The position numbers and the translations under genes are program-made. From Takakia lepidozioides (taxonomy: Eukaryota; Plantae; Bryophyta), in assembly GCA_030704615.1 (NCBI GenBank), contig CM060734.1, positions 4,588,001 to 4,652,000 of the forward strand: a stretch of 64,000 nucleotides of DNA. Direction: 5' to 3'. Shown here in pieces: positions 14,131-26,900 of this stretch; position 1 is the first letter of the stretch; each line of letters begins with the position of its first letter. The notes under the pieces are model-generated. The model ran no database searches and was not told where the DNA came from. It saw only the letters and a list, made by a program, of their open reading frames with translations.

Positions 14131-14661
14131 GAGGAAAGGTTCAATATTAGTCAACTTCTTAAGACCAGCTACCTCTAGATCCTTGGTAGTTGAGGTGGGG
14201 GCTGCTATTTCATGAGCTATGAGCCATGAGCGGCATGAGCCATGAGCAGAGTCGTAAGTGTCGAAAAAACCATGAGCATGATTTTTTTTTCAGAAATGAT
14301 TGTCCACGAGAATAGGGTTTAGGGTGTCACGGCCATAGGGGGACAAGGACCTTCCAATGAAGGAGGTTGGGCAATGTTTTTTAGAATTACATATTGAAAG
14401 GCAATGTTTTGCGAATGGTAGGGTGGTACTGCTCAGTACAATGGGCGCCCATTACAGCCTACCAGCCACTTCCAAAATCCACCCCCACTCCCAATCCGAA
14501 ACGATATGACAAATGATGCATTGTGAGAACGATGGATGCATAATAGAACAAAAATGAGGGCACAATGGGGTTTTTATTGATCCACATGAATTGCATTTCA
14601 AGCACGTCTACTGTGCTGATGGTGCAAACAAATCTATAGCCCTATGCCTTCTGAATACAAG

Positions 14662-14931
14662 TCACGTTGTCAACGGAACTTCGACTGCTCTGAAAACTAG
14701 CTCATGAGTCATCGGGCTCCTCCAGGTAAACTCGATTGCAGCCGTTGTACGGCCCCTGTTGATGTTCACCACAATGTCGTGCCCTTCAATCATACCACCA
14801 TCGAATATGGAAAGCTTCACTTTTTCGTCCTCCACACCTATGCGAATGTCCCCATACAATGGAGAAAAGGAGCGTAGTCCTTCAGGAGTATACGTCTCCC
14901 CGATGGAGTCCCCCGGGGGTTGTTATTTCAT
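14662..14931 (-). pseudogene. Small (~89-codon) accessory ORF of the CACTA-like element, unknown function
   Basis: ATG at 14931, TAA at codon 3 (possible CAA>TAA), then open to 14662 with globular-looking sequence. Shares an upstream motif with the transposase. Confidence 0.4.
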
Positions 14932-15157
14932 AAGCGATGAGCAGATGAGCCATGAGCCATGAGCAGAGTTGTCGAACCTGCTCCAAAGCAAAATCCGAAG
15001 AGACGTTGTAGGCTCGGATCCAGTTCGGGATGTGTGCAAAGCTGATATGGCCACAAAATTATTCCTAAGGATAAATAATGCACGGTATTAGAAGGTGTAC
15101 CACCTATTTCCACGATGTACATATGGTACGAAACCTAACTGACGGCGGATGAAAACG

Positions 15158-15345
15158 AGAAGTCGGCACCGACTTTTGGTGCAGGGGGATTTGGGAAGTC
15201 TGTGCCAACTTCTCGAACTGAAGGTGATCCGGGGAAATGGAACCTAAAATCGGCTGGCAGAAGTCTGTGCCGATTTCTCCCAAAAAATGTTCGTGTGCTG
15301 TAAATAGGAAAATTGAAGTACGACCCGAAAGTCTGTGCTGACTAA
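15158..15345. repeat. Cluster of the imperfect palindrome (GG)AAGTCTGTGCCGACTT(CC) 3' of the ParB-MTase gene
   Basis: Copies start at ~15160, 15196, 15261 and 15329; more copies lie in the gene's introns. Confidence 0.8.
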
Positions 15346-15546
15346 TGGAAAGCAATGAAATGACATATAATCGGAAAAGTCTGGTACTGTGAACACTGCT
15401 AAAAATGCACTTTTTCTGTAACATATTGAATTCTTGAAGACACTCAGTCCTACAAGAATATTTCCTCCATCCGGGGAATGGATGTGCACAGGAAATAAAC
15501 ACGAAAGAAACTTTTTAATTTACAAAAAAGTTGTACGGTAACAAGT

Positions 15547-18500
15547 TTAGGGAGTGCCATGACTGGTAGCGTTCCCATATTCCATCTCCACATTGTCCAC
15601 TGCTTTCTCGATGATTTCATATACATCATCATCGTCCTCTTTCTCTGTTGATGGATCAGAGCTCTCACTACCGAGCACTGCACTATATTCTACCAGATGT
15701 TGAACCTTTCTAAACCTTTTAACCGCTCGTGCCTCATCTGGCCACATTGGCCTCTTCGAAAATTCGGGGGACTCCTGCTGAGCTAGCCTTTCTGCCATCT
15801 TTGCTGCATACTTAGGAAGGCACAAGGTTTGGGTGGGGTAAAGAGAACAGCAGCTGCCTTTCGATGAAGCTCTGCCCTCTTCTCGGCAATCTGTGCCCTC
15901 CTCTTTTCCCTCTCCTGACGTGCAGTCACGGCGATAAGCTGGCATCGTTGGAGCTGGCCTCCTTCTGCAAATTGAGGGAATATCATCACTGCAGTACAAA
16001 ATGAAACCATGATCAGCCATGGCTCGTAAGGAGAGCAAAGAAGAATTGACAAATCTGCGCAGACTATCCATTTTTTTTTAAATGAACGAGAGGAACAGCA
16101 AACTTACTCACTCCAGTACATGGACATGCACAGCTTGGTCACCAGATTCCCTGAAGCAATCATCCGGTGTCAAGTCCATTGCGGCCACGGGATCAGGGGT
16201 AGCATGCATCTCACATTGCAGGCCCACGAGTTTCTCTCTTACAAACTCTCCATCGTCTTCCAAGGCCAGTAAGTGGCGACCACAAACCCCGTGCAGCCAC
16301 CATGGAAGCGCCACAGTTTGCAGTGAGGTCAACAATCTTGCCACCAACGTCAGTCAGCATCTCCATAAAAGTCTGTAGGAACATTGGACTTTTTTCTCTG
16401 GCGCCTCTGTACCAGGTCCCATCAGGTCTTGTGTACAACCTTTCTTTGCTGACGAAATTCCGCACAATGTCGGTGTCCACCGGATTGAAGTCCGAATCAA
16501 GTTTCTTGGCATCCCGGCCAAGTTCGCAGGCGTATGTCGGGCTCTTCAACAGCAAAAAAGCACAGAACACCGTAGTCTGCACATGAAACCCAATTACCTC
16601 AGCACACACTAGTAAGTCTGTGCAGACTTCCCACAGTGTTCTGGGAAGTATGTACCGACTTCCCTTGAAGTAGACCTGGACTCCGACCAAAATGAAACTA
16701 CTCACCATAACTCACTTTGCTATTAATAAACCAGTATTGGATGTGGAAACAGCAAGGATGCACTACTCTCTTCCATTAAAACAGGGCTGTGTGTGTGAGA
16801 AGTCTGTGTAGACTTCCCACAGAATAGGAAGTGATCAAATCTGCATTTAGGCATTTGGGAAGTTTGTGCCGACTTCCCATATTCAAAGGGAATGGAACAT
16901 GAAAAACGACAGAACGAGGTGGTGTTTTGGGCTACCTGTGGCTGCTGCTCGTCGCCTGTCAATAGCGGGAGAGCATTCATGCAGGTCCACTTCCTCTTCA
17001 CAAAACGGAAGGGCGCATTGCTCACTATCCGTCGAAGCTCCATCTCCGTCCTGCCGTCACCTTTGTAGAAAATGAGGAGTCTTCCCACATCATCCGTTAT
17101 TGCATTTGCCAGCGTTATGGCATAGCTGATGTGCAAAAGCTTCCGCACATTCCAATCAGGCACAACACCCTCTGCCCCGCAATTATGCACCATCTGCCCA
17201 TCTGGGATATCCATCAAGACGAGGTCAGCACCTTCTTTCATGGACGACTCGGAAACTCCCGCCCACACAGGTTCCCTCCTCTTCTTGTGACGTTCAATGA
17301 ACGCATCCACCATTGCCCTCTCCGCTGGCCACCTCTTTGTCGTGGATTTGTTTGCCAGCCACTGCTCAACAAGTGCAAAGCTGTCGCAGTGCATGCATGT
17401 CACCTCACAAGTCGGCACCGACTTCTGCAGTGGTCGCGCCTCAAACAAGGAATGTTGTATGGCCAGGGGCAAGGCCGTTGACTTCGGTACTCTAGAACCA
17501 GTACCACCTTGCGCAAAAACCAGACTCCGGCTGGGCCCACGACGTGCGTTTGCTAGGTCCATGCCACCCAGATGCTCGGTGATGCCCGTTCTGCCATGCT
17601 CTTGAACCTGTTCGGCTTCCACCAACTGCACGTCGTCTGTTTCATCCGCCCCCTCCTGGCTTTTCTCCCTATGGGCATTGGCCTGTTTGGCAGGAGATGA
17701 CTGCTCACCGACTCTTGTGCCTTTTTGGGCTTCTGCTTCCTGGTGCGGCCCTTTTTTGAAGCTGCCTCCGCTAGAAGGGCCTCAGTGGTGTGCTCTATAT
17801 GAGCGACTGTGGCATTGTGGGCTTCTGCCCTGGCGGTCTCGCTGGCGGGTTGTCCGGGTGGAGGTGGTATTTCTTCACCTGAAGCTAGCTTCTTGTATGC
17901 TTTTGCTTCTTCTACAGGGATGAACTTCGGTGGGCAGTCCAACCACCAATAACAATGCAAATGGGAGGACCGCACGTACTCTGTAATTTGCTTGGCATTG
18001 TACATAGTGCATTCAGCCCGTGTACTTGCCCACTGAGAAACCATCGCCGGAATAGCTTGAATGTGTTTGTTGGGCAGGAGGTAGAAGTTGATGTACCTGA
18101 AATCAGAAATCGCCATAGACTTTCGACATGGACCGCTACCTATCGGGAAATCTGTGCAGACTTCCCAACTACCACCTCTAAAAAAAAAACAGATGGTCTG
18201 CATTGTCATACCTGTAGACAAGTCGACGTGCAGGCTGCATCCCCCCTGGCTGCTCAAGGACACCCCAGCTCCTACGTGGGCCCTCCACCATCTCACAGTG
18301 GAAAAGCTCGTTCCAGTACTCGACCATGAAATGCTCAATCCACCTAAGCAATCCCTCATGTCCTCCATCTGACGCACCGCCAAAACCTTGCCCTTGATAA
18401 GAGAGCCCAGTTCCCTCTTCGCCTCTTGCATTTGCTGCAAACAACAAGGACTATCAACATGGCCCTCCAACATCCACAACACAATCACAGTACTAGCATT

Positions 18501-20040
18501 TAAATGCAAAGCCATTGCAAGTTTGTGCCGACTTCCAAAACTGCATATTAATGTGGTGAAGAACAGAATACCTGCCACCACCAAGTGGCCTTGTCCACCC
18601 AATCATTGAATTCCTTGTCCGTTGGCAAGACCGGGAAGATTTTCCTGTTGCCCGGCGGTAGATTCCATAATTTCAACCATCAAATCTTTGCATCCGCAGA
18701 AACGAGGCTAGTGGCGACCATCTGAAGTTTTTCAAGAGTCATCTCCGCTCTGTCCAAGGCACACAGCTTGTTGTAGTATGTGGTTATCTCGAAAATGAAC
18801 CCGTCACCAAGGGCTGGATCACAGATAGAACTGTACTTGGAAATCTTTGAATGCCATTTCATCCTACACAATGCCAGATTTGCATCAAGAGCCGATTCCA
18901 CAATCTCTGCATTCTCCGGGGTGTTGGAAAGGTGGGAATACTCCGCCAGTGTATCATCCGTTATCTCCCGAAATGACTCTTGTGCCATGAAGTCGACAAG
19001 GCCCTCCCATGTCAATGTCATCCAATTCGTGTCTCGTTTGTTGAGGCACTTCACATACACCTCCTCAGACAATGAATTCTTGTACTGCGACTGGAGTTGT
19101 TGCACATTGCTGGAAATAGTAAAGCTTGTGTGCCAGGTCTGACTTCACATTGCCCTCTTCTGTCACGCTGCATATCAACAATGGAGTAAGCACAGGGACA
19201 ACAGGGTGGAGAAATGGGTAGTCGGCACAGAATACTCACTCCCATGCCAGACCACGTCTTGGGTAGTCGGCACAGACTACCCGAGCACGGACTCCACGCA
19301 TGAAACAATGTTGAAACACCAAGAAACAGCATAAAGCGTCATACAATATGAAACAGAGTGAAACAACATAAGTCGGCACAGACTTGTGAGCACACTCAAT
19401 GGCCCTGGGAAATCGGCACAGACTCTCCGTATCCTGCAGTCGGAGTAATGGCCAGGAAATGTTTGCTCATGTTGGCAGACCTATACATGACTGCAAACAG
19501 AAACAATGCTCATATGAGCAGACTACGAAGAAACGTGAGCAAACTTACATGTTCATGCGATTCATGGCCCTTCTGACCAAGGCGACGTCCTCTTGTTTCA
19601 CATCCAGAATCTTGGCATTCACTGCATAGTGCCATTCGGGGTCGTCCGCATGCTGCTCTGTTATGACCTCCATCCACGCCAAGTAGCGGTGGTTTCCGTC
19701 ATAGATGTAGAGCCATTTGTTGCTTAAAAACTCCCAGATGGTGCTCCCCGGGATAGAGAAGTTGAAGCTGTTTTTCGAGGGAGATGGGTACAACGACGCC
19801 CTTACGTCCTTTTTGCACAAGGGAACACGGGGAGGATGGCCTTTTCGGAAAAGATGCGAAATGGAGCTGTAAGTGTGGTTAAGGGCGCTGACTCTCCACG
19901 TCTTCAGGGCTCTCTGCCGTCTCTCTGCAGTGAGCACTACATCCACGCCAGGTGCCGCTGGACCCCTTCCATGGTGACCCCTCATCGAGCTACCTACTCC
20001 AGGCGACGAGCGGTTTGATACCGACATGGGAGACCTCGCA
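15547..20040 (-). pseudogene. Multi-exon TE cargo gene: ParB/Srx-like domain plus beta-class N4/N6 DNA-methyltransferase-fold domain (copy 1); frameshifted, 5' end cut by an LTR
   Basis: WLYIYDGNHRYLAW (19686-19700 = DGNHR); ADLVLMDIPDG (motif IV position); TDDVGRLLI (VI); RGAREKSPMFL (X); KIVDLTANCGASMVAA (I); CGRHLLALEDD (II). Predicted GT-AG introns ~19548-19169, 18570-18436, 18211-18098, 16936-16579, 16110-15966. Confidence 0.75.
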
Positions 20041-20765
20041 TGTCGCGACCCTTTGCCTTGAGGGCAGGGGGTTGGGACGTAGAGGGGCTGCCCCTGTGGT
20101 GGGGGCGGTGGCAGCAATAGGTACGGGGGGGCTGAAGCACCCTTGAGTGCCCAAGGCACTCAAGAGGCGGTGGCACTCACTAGGTGGAGCCCCGCACACC
20201 GGGTTGCGGTGGGGGTGGCTCCACAAGGGGTGGTGGTAGCTTAGTGGGACTTAGTGGGGGTGGCATAGGACTCACCATGGGGCGGAGACCTTTGTGGTGG
20301 GAGTTGTGGGGAGTCTTGGGACTCACCACGGTCCAATGGGGCCGTGGTGGGTGGGCCAAGACTCACCACGACTCATCACCGGGAATCGAAGGTCTTCGTG
20401 GTGGTTTGCCATAAAATGGCATGGTTGTTTGTGAAACCCCCGCGGACAGTCACAGAAGTATATATAGGGAGTAGTAACCCCGAGAACGGTGCAAGCCCGT
20501 TGGTGACCAAAAACTAGTGAGTAAGCGAGCGAGCCGGAAAGCGACCAAGGAGTGGGGAGCTATTCCGGACTGCCATCTACCAAAGGGAATTTCCACTAGG
20601 CCCAAATTGGTGGAGGGTCTGTTGGGGAAAAAAGGGGGACCGTTATGTCTCGGTGAGCAGCCGAAGCTCCGAGTTGGCCCGGCGGCCAGGTTGGGAGTTA
20701 GGCGCGCGCATCAAAGCGAGTAACTATGACTTGAAGGGGAGCTTACCGAAGTGAGGTGCGCGACA
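20041..20765 (+). mobile_element. 5' LTR of a Ty3/Gypsy retrotransposon
   Basis: TGTCGCG...CGCGACA terminal inverted repeat; TATATA at ~20459; followed after 2 nt by a PBS; homologous to 1-509. Confidence 0.9.
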
Positions 20766-20767
20766 CT

Positions 20768-20779
20768 TGGTATCAGAGC
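20768..20779 (+). promoter_or_regulatory. Primer binding site (initiator tRNA-Met)
   Basis: TGGTATCAGAGC directly after the LTR end. Confidence 0.9.
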
Positions 20780-20863
20780 TTAGAGTTTAGTACGCGATCG
20801 TCCTTGGGATCGGCCTCATCATGGGGTCGGGCAAGCCAAAGCGAAAGCGGAACAGCCCGAAAG

Positions 20864-23204
20864 ATGATGATCCCGGTGAGCCCGATGGGGGCGACGCGGC
20901 CATTTGAGGAAGCGATGCATGCTTTTGAAAATGAGGCCTCTCAAGAACGGGAGGAATCTGAGGAATCGGAGCCCGAGAAATCCCTGAGAGCTCCGACAGA
21001 CCAACAGATGTCTCCCATGCCAACAGCCTTTTGGGAAGGGTTGTTGGCGCAGTTTGGCGGGACGTTGAAAGACGTGTTGAAGGCGGCTAATGCCACTTCC
21101 ACTAAGGCAAAGTTTAAGGTGAAGCCTAAGGAACCCGACACCTTCGAGGGCGTCCGAAATCGGAAGGCACTCAACACCTGGCTCTTGGAGCTAGAGCAGT
21201 ACTTCCAGGCGGCCAAGTTGAGTGACGAGGATCGGGTGAAAGTGGCTCCCACCTATTTGAGGGGCTATGCTCAACAATGGTGGCAGAAACGCCTTCACGA
21301 CCGAGGTCCAAACCCGGAAACCTTGAACTGGAGTGGGTTCAAGGAACTGATGAAGAGACAGTTTGTGCCCCTCAACGCGTCCTGGCTCGCCCGGGACAAG
21401 ATGAGGAATTTGAAGCAAACGGATAACATTCGGGGATATGTTCAGGCTTTCAATGTGCTGTTGCTCGAAGTCGCGGACATGGCAGAACCAGAAATGGTCT
21501 CCAACTGGCCCCATGGGCCAGACGGAAGTTGGAGAAGAAGCCACCTAAGACTTTGAACGAGGCAATTGAGAGGGCTGAATGTTTCTCGGATGTCCCTAGG
21601 GGCGAAAGACAAGGCCGTACGGAGCTGAACCACAAGAAAACTCGGCGGGAGGGTGACTCTTTCCGATCGGAAAAGAAGTGGGATAGGCCACGCGACGACA
21701 ACGACACATGGAAATCAAAGGGACGGCCTTCACATGTCAAGGCGGCACCCGGTGCTCTGAAAGGAAAATCAGGTGCGACGGCTTATGGCGGGCAGAAGGC
21801 GACCTTCGATGGAGTGTGCATTAATTGCGGGGAACCCGGGCATATGGCAAAAAAGTGCGCGAAACCCCGACAATTGAACATGACTCGGGCAACCAAGGAG
21901 TTGTCCGAGGATTCCATTAGCCGCTTGGTGGAGGCAGTGGTCGCAAAGACTTGCAAGGTAGGCAACTACTCTTGTAAGTTGTATCAGGAAACTGGCGTCT
22001 TGCGTAAAGGGAGCAGTTAATGTTTGTGAGTGGGATAATCTCCGGAACTAACGTGTCGTTGTTGGTGGACACAGGAGCGTCGCACTCTTTCATGACGCCG
22101 GCAATGACACGGAAGCTGGGACTCCCGACAAGTGATGTGGGGGCCTCTATTGAGGTGCGTTCTGCTAAAAGAGAACCACAATTGGCGACGAGGTTGGCGT
22201 TCGATGTTCCTCTTCAGCTCGGGAGTTGGGAGGGACGTGGGAACTTCACCATTTGCGAGATCGATGGAGTGGATCTCATTTTGGGGATGACCTTTTTGAG
22301 CAAATCCGGAGCGGTCATAGATGGCCGCAAGAGAGTAGTCACGCTACCGTGTGGGAATGGTGGCGAAGTTTTACGAGTGTCGAAAACGCCCAACCCCGTG
22401 GGAGGGCGAATAAACATTCTGTCAGCAAGGGAGTGGGCCGTGGAGTAATCACACGAGTCCCAATTTTTGCTTTACGTAAGACAAGTGAAGGGAGAAGGCG
22501 ATGGGGAGCCGAGCCTAGATTGGATCAAGGGGATTTTGGAGAAATACCAAGATGTGATGCCGGAGGATTTACCAAGCGGCTTGCCACCGCGAAGGGGAGT
22601 TGACCACAAGATTGAGGTGATACTGGGATCGGAGCCACCTGCCAAGGCGCCCTACCGGTTGAGCCACAGAGAGTTGGTCGAGCTGAAGACTCAGCTCAAG
22701 GATCTAATGTCAAAGGGGTACATCCGGCCGAGTAAGTCACCTTACGGAGCCCCGGTGCTATTCGCAGACAAGAAGGATGGGACGTTACGGATGTGTGTCG
22801 ACTACAGGGCTCTGAATAAGGTGACTATCAAGAACCGGTACCCTTTGCCAAGAATCGACGACCTCTTCGATCGGTTGGCAGGAGCAAAGTATTTCAGCCG
22901 CATCGATTTGCGCTCCGGCAACCATCAAATCCGAGTGGCGGAAGGAGATGAGGAGAAAACCGCGTGCAGGACAAGATATGGTTCGTATGAGTTCTTGGTG
23001 ATGCCTTTTGGACTCACCAACGCACCCGCAACCTTTAGCACGCTGATGAATAGCCTTTTCCAAGAGTGGTTAGATGACTTCGTGATCGTGTACATCGACG
23101 ACATCTTGGTATACTCGAAAACAAAGGAGAAGCACCTGGAGCACCTCAAAAGGGTGTTCCAGAAATTGCGGGAAGGGAAGCTGTATGCCAAAGCTTCAAA
23201 GTGC
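20864..23204 (+). mobile_element. Gypsy gag-protease-RT (chromovirus-like), frameshifted, truncated at the end of RT
   Basis: Gag PKEPDTFEG..YLRGYAQQWW; zinc knuckle CINCGEPGHMAKKC; protease LLVDTGASHSF; [29 protein letters not shown]. Homology stops after KLYAKASKC. Confidence 0.92.
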
Positions 23205-23731
23205 CATAGAAAGAAGCCAGATCACCCAGTCCCATCCAAATCTAATCCTAAACTAGCTGTTAGAATAAGACACCATATAATAAAGCCGTAAGCTCTTGCC
23301 AGTTCATCCTCATGCACAAAGCGTAAGTTCATCCATACTACATCATGGTTCCATCCATCCCTAAATCATCCGGAGTGCATCCTCCCTCCATCCATCCATC
23401 CAAGTCGAGAAAACATTTGAGGAAGAATCCCAGCTCCACATGGAACGGAGCCCAAAAATCATATTAAAAGATTCATATACCTAGTAGGATTCATACACCT
23501 AGATTTCATATACCTAGTATGGGCAGCTAACCTAGATTTGCTGAACATAGTAACCGCATGGATGTTCAAAAAAATAAACTGGCGCCTTATCCACATATGA
23601 GCAATCCATCCAGAAGATGAATCTCATCTGCCTTCAAAGTTGTCATTCATAGAGATGTTCATCGAGAGTTATTTTGAATCAGAAATCATCCCATGGATGA
23701 AGATACGTTCATCCGTGACGGCGGCGTTTCT
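23205..23731. mobile_element. CATCC/GGATG-rich DNA-transposon end (MULE-like) that truncates the Gypsy RT
   Basis: Abrupt junction at the end of RT; many CATCC motifs as in the 2274-4772 arms; ends ...GGCGTTTCT, a GAG-type terminus on the other strand. Confidence 0.4.
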
Positions 23732-23942
23732 CAGTAGCAACCTTCAGGACCCGAGGGGGGTGGAAGCCTGAAGGGCTGGCAGATTCCAAGCCCACAATTC
23801 TTTGAAAACCTAAGCAGCATTTCAAATGCCCTGCGTTTTGCAGGATGCGGGCGGTGGAGGAGTGGTGTCTGGCAGAGATGGCGATCGGACCAGACCCACC
23901 TCCTGAGAGAATGGCACCCTAGGTCAGGTGCGAAAGCTATCC

Positions 23943-26900
23943 ATGGGGATCCAGTCTGTGGGAGCACCTCATGGACCTGGGCCGCTGTTTCCAAGCCTAA
24001 GCGATGGGAGCAGACAAAATCAGGCAGAGTTTGCAGATGGGATAGAGAGTAAAGGGGTCAAGTTTTGGTCTGATGCATGCAGTGCTATTCCGATGGGGCC
24101 ATTTGTGTTTGGGGCATCGGTTCCCAAGCAGGGGGACGCTGCTGGATCAGGCTCTGCTGCTCACATTTCACCTGAGTTGAGATTTGGTGCCATAGCTGGG
24201 GCGTCCTCTCTTTCGAGCACCGGCGGTGGGTGTGTAAGCAGGAGTGTTTCTGTGTCGGAGCTGCTCGATTTTAGGGCGGCGAAGTCTGGGAAGTTGCCAC
24301 AAGAGCGGGCGGGCACGCCGGTGGATTCTGAGGCCGTAACATCTAAGTTCTCTGCGTTCAATATTGGATCTAGTGCCACCCCTTCTTCAAGAGCAGATGG
24401 GTCGAGCGGGCAAGACAGGGTTTTGCCTGTGGCCGGCGACGCTAAATCTGCTACTATGTCATTTGCTTCCTTCGCAGTCGGTTTGCATCCTGTGGGCACC
24501 AGTGACAATTCAACGACCCCATCTCTTTCTTCTTCCTGGCAATTTGTATTCTCTGCTGGCTCAGCCTCCGGAGCCAAACCCTCAAACCCTTCTTCTCTGA
24601 TTGATGCAGGACAGGATAAGAGCAGCATGCTACCTGTATCGAATAGTCAGGAGATCAAAGATGAAAAGGGGTTGAGTGGTCCTGCATTTGTATTTACAGG
24701 CACTTCACGATCAGGGGTGTTGCCAACATGCACGGATGAGCAGGCTTCCACACCTCCCCCAGTTGTGTCATCTAACCCGAATCCTTCATTCACGTTCTGT
24801 GCTAATGGGGAAACCAAGGGAGGGGCCCCCAAGATCAAAAAGGAAAAAATTCAGCATCGACCATTAAGGCCGGGGCAGCGACCGGTTTTAAAAGGAAAAA
24901 AAGGCCCACCCAACACTAGAGAGGAGTTGGAGACAGCAGCACCGAGCCCCAGCAGGGCGGGAGTATCTTTGGATTTTTCAATGCAGGATTCTACCCAACC
25001 TGCTCCACGCAGTCAATCTGGTGTGCCAGACCTATGCAAACCGCAGGTGCCACCATTAAGGACAGTGGAGGATGAAGAAGTTGAGGGGCCTGGCAGGAGG
25101 GGCACAGAAGCTTCTGTGAACATCTCCCTCAGCAAACTCAGGGCTGTGGCTGTGGAGTTGAACCTGGGTGCCAAGCCAGAGCTGGCTGTTGGCAGTAGTT
25201 CCTCTTCTTTCAAATTCAAAGATCATAGTTTATTGTGGGCTACAAAATCCGACAGTGGAGAAACAGCATCCACTGCCGGTTTTGAGAGCAATTGGAAGAA
25301 TTCTTCGTTGGGTGATGCCCAGGTTGCAGTGGATGGACCTGAGAATGCTTGGATGGATGAGGGAAATATGGAGACTCTCAAGGTGCCTGAGGGTGTGGGT
25401 TGCACCACTACAAGCACCATTCCTAGGGTTGAAGTAGAGTGCAGCAATGCATGGAGCCCTTTTACCTTCACTGCAAGCCCATCAGGAGTGTCTTCTTCAA
25501 CCTTACGTCGACGAGCACGAAGGGTGCAGAAGGAGCGTGCCACCGGCAGGGTGGGTCTGGTTTCCAAAGTTGCAGGTGCTGTCCCGGGAATCCCTGCTTC
25601 TGTTGGAGATGCCAGCAAAACTGGGCCCTTTTCTGGCATTAGGTCAAACTCTTGGTTGTCTGCTCCATCAAATTCTTCGCTAGGGTGTGGGGAAGATGTT
25701 AGTAGCCCTGGAGCTGTGGGAGCCGCTGCTGCTGAGCAATGCGAGCAGTGGAGACTGAGGGGAAATCAGGCATACTCAAGTGGTGATTTTCGAAAGGCAG
25801 AGGAATTTTACTCACTCGGGGCACGCAGTGTGTCTTCCCATGAGAATTCACAGAGTTGTGTGCGGGCATCCATGCTCTGCTACAGCAACCGTGCAGCCAC
25901 GCGGATGGTGGTGGGGCGCATGCGAGAGGCATTGGCTGACTGCATGCATGCTATGGCTGTGGACCCGAATTTCTTCAGAGTGCAATTGCGTGCTGCAAAT
26001 TGCCATCTTGCATTGGGGGAGACTGAGGCAGCAGCAGCAGCTTTTAAGGAGTGCTTGAGAGGTGTGAAGGACTCCAAGCAACCCAATTCTAAGATTCTGG
26101 CGGAGGCTTCCGAGGGGTTGCGCAAGGCTCAGCAAGTGGAAGACTATACTGGCCTAGTGCGAAAATTACTGGGAAACACAATATGTGATGCAAACACTGC
26201 ACTGCGCTTGCTTAATGATGCTCTTCTCAGCAGTCCTCAATCAGAATGGCTGCTGGAATTAAAGGCATGTGTCCTTATCTCTGTTCAGAGGTACAATGAG
26301 GCGGTGCAGCTATGTGAACAGAGTCTCCCACTGGCAGAGCGCAACTATGCTGTGGAAGAGAGGGGGAATAGTAATGGGGAAGCCTCTAAATTGCTTGGAC
26401 CTTTGGGCTGGAGGTGGCGGCTCACCTCAAAGGCCAAGTTCCATCTAGGCAAGCTGGAGGACTCTCTCGAAATATTGCAACGGCTTCAGGATGGTCCACC
26501 AGCTATACCTGCCAATGAGGCTGGCGGTCCAGGGGGCATGGCAGCGGAAATTGTGGTGCCATCTATGGCAATCATTCGTGACCTTTTGCGACACAAGGCG
26601 GAAGGTAACAAAGCTTTTCAAGCAGGGAAGCATGCCGAGGCATTAGAGCATTATACTGCAGCGCTGGCACGAAATGGCGAGTCCCGCCCGTTCTGTGCTG
26701 TGTGCTTGTGTAACCGCGCTGCTGCTTCCCAGGCTTTAGGCCATGTTGCAGATGCTATTGCTGACTGCAGTCGTGCCATTGCCCTTGATCCACGGTATGC
26801 CAAAGCAATTTCACGGCGAGCTGCACTGCATGAGAAGGTGCGGGACTATGGACAGGCCTGCCATGACCTGCGCCGGCTCATAACAATTCAGGTCCAACAA

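Noticed and set aside
15547-20040. Bacterial or phage contamination as source of the ParB-MTase
   Set aside because: The gene has GT-AG introns shared with paralogues and is interleaved with plant TEs.
22015-22025. TAATG stop-restart between gag and protease
   Set aside because: The second copy (~55107-55121) reads through in frame (GSQLMF), so this is a 1-bp deletion in this copy.
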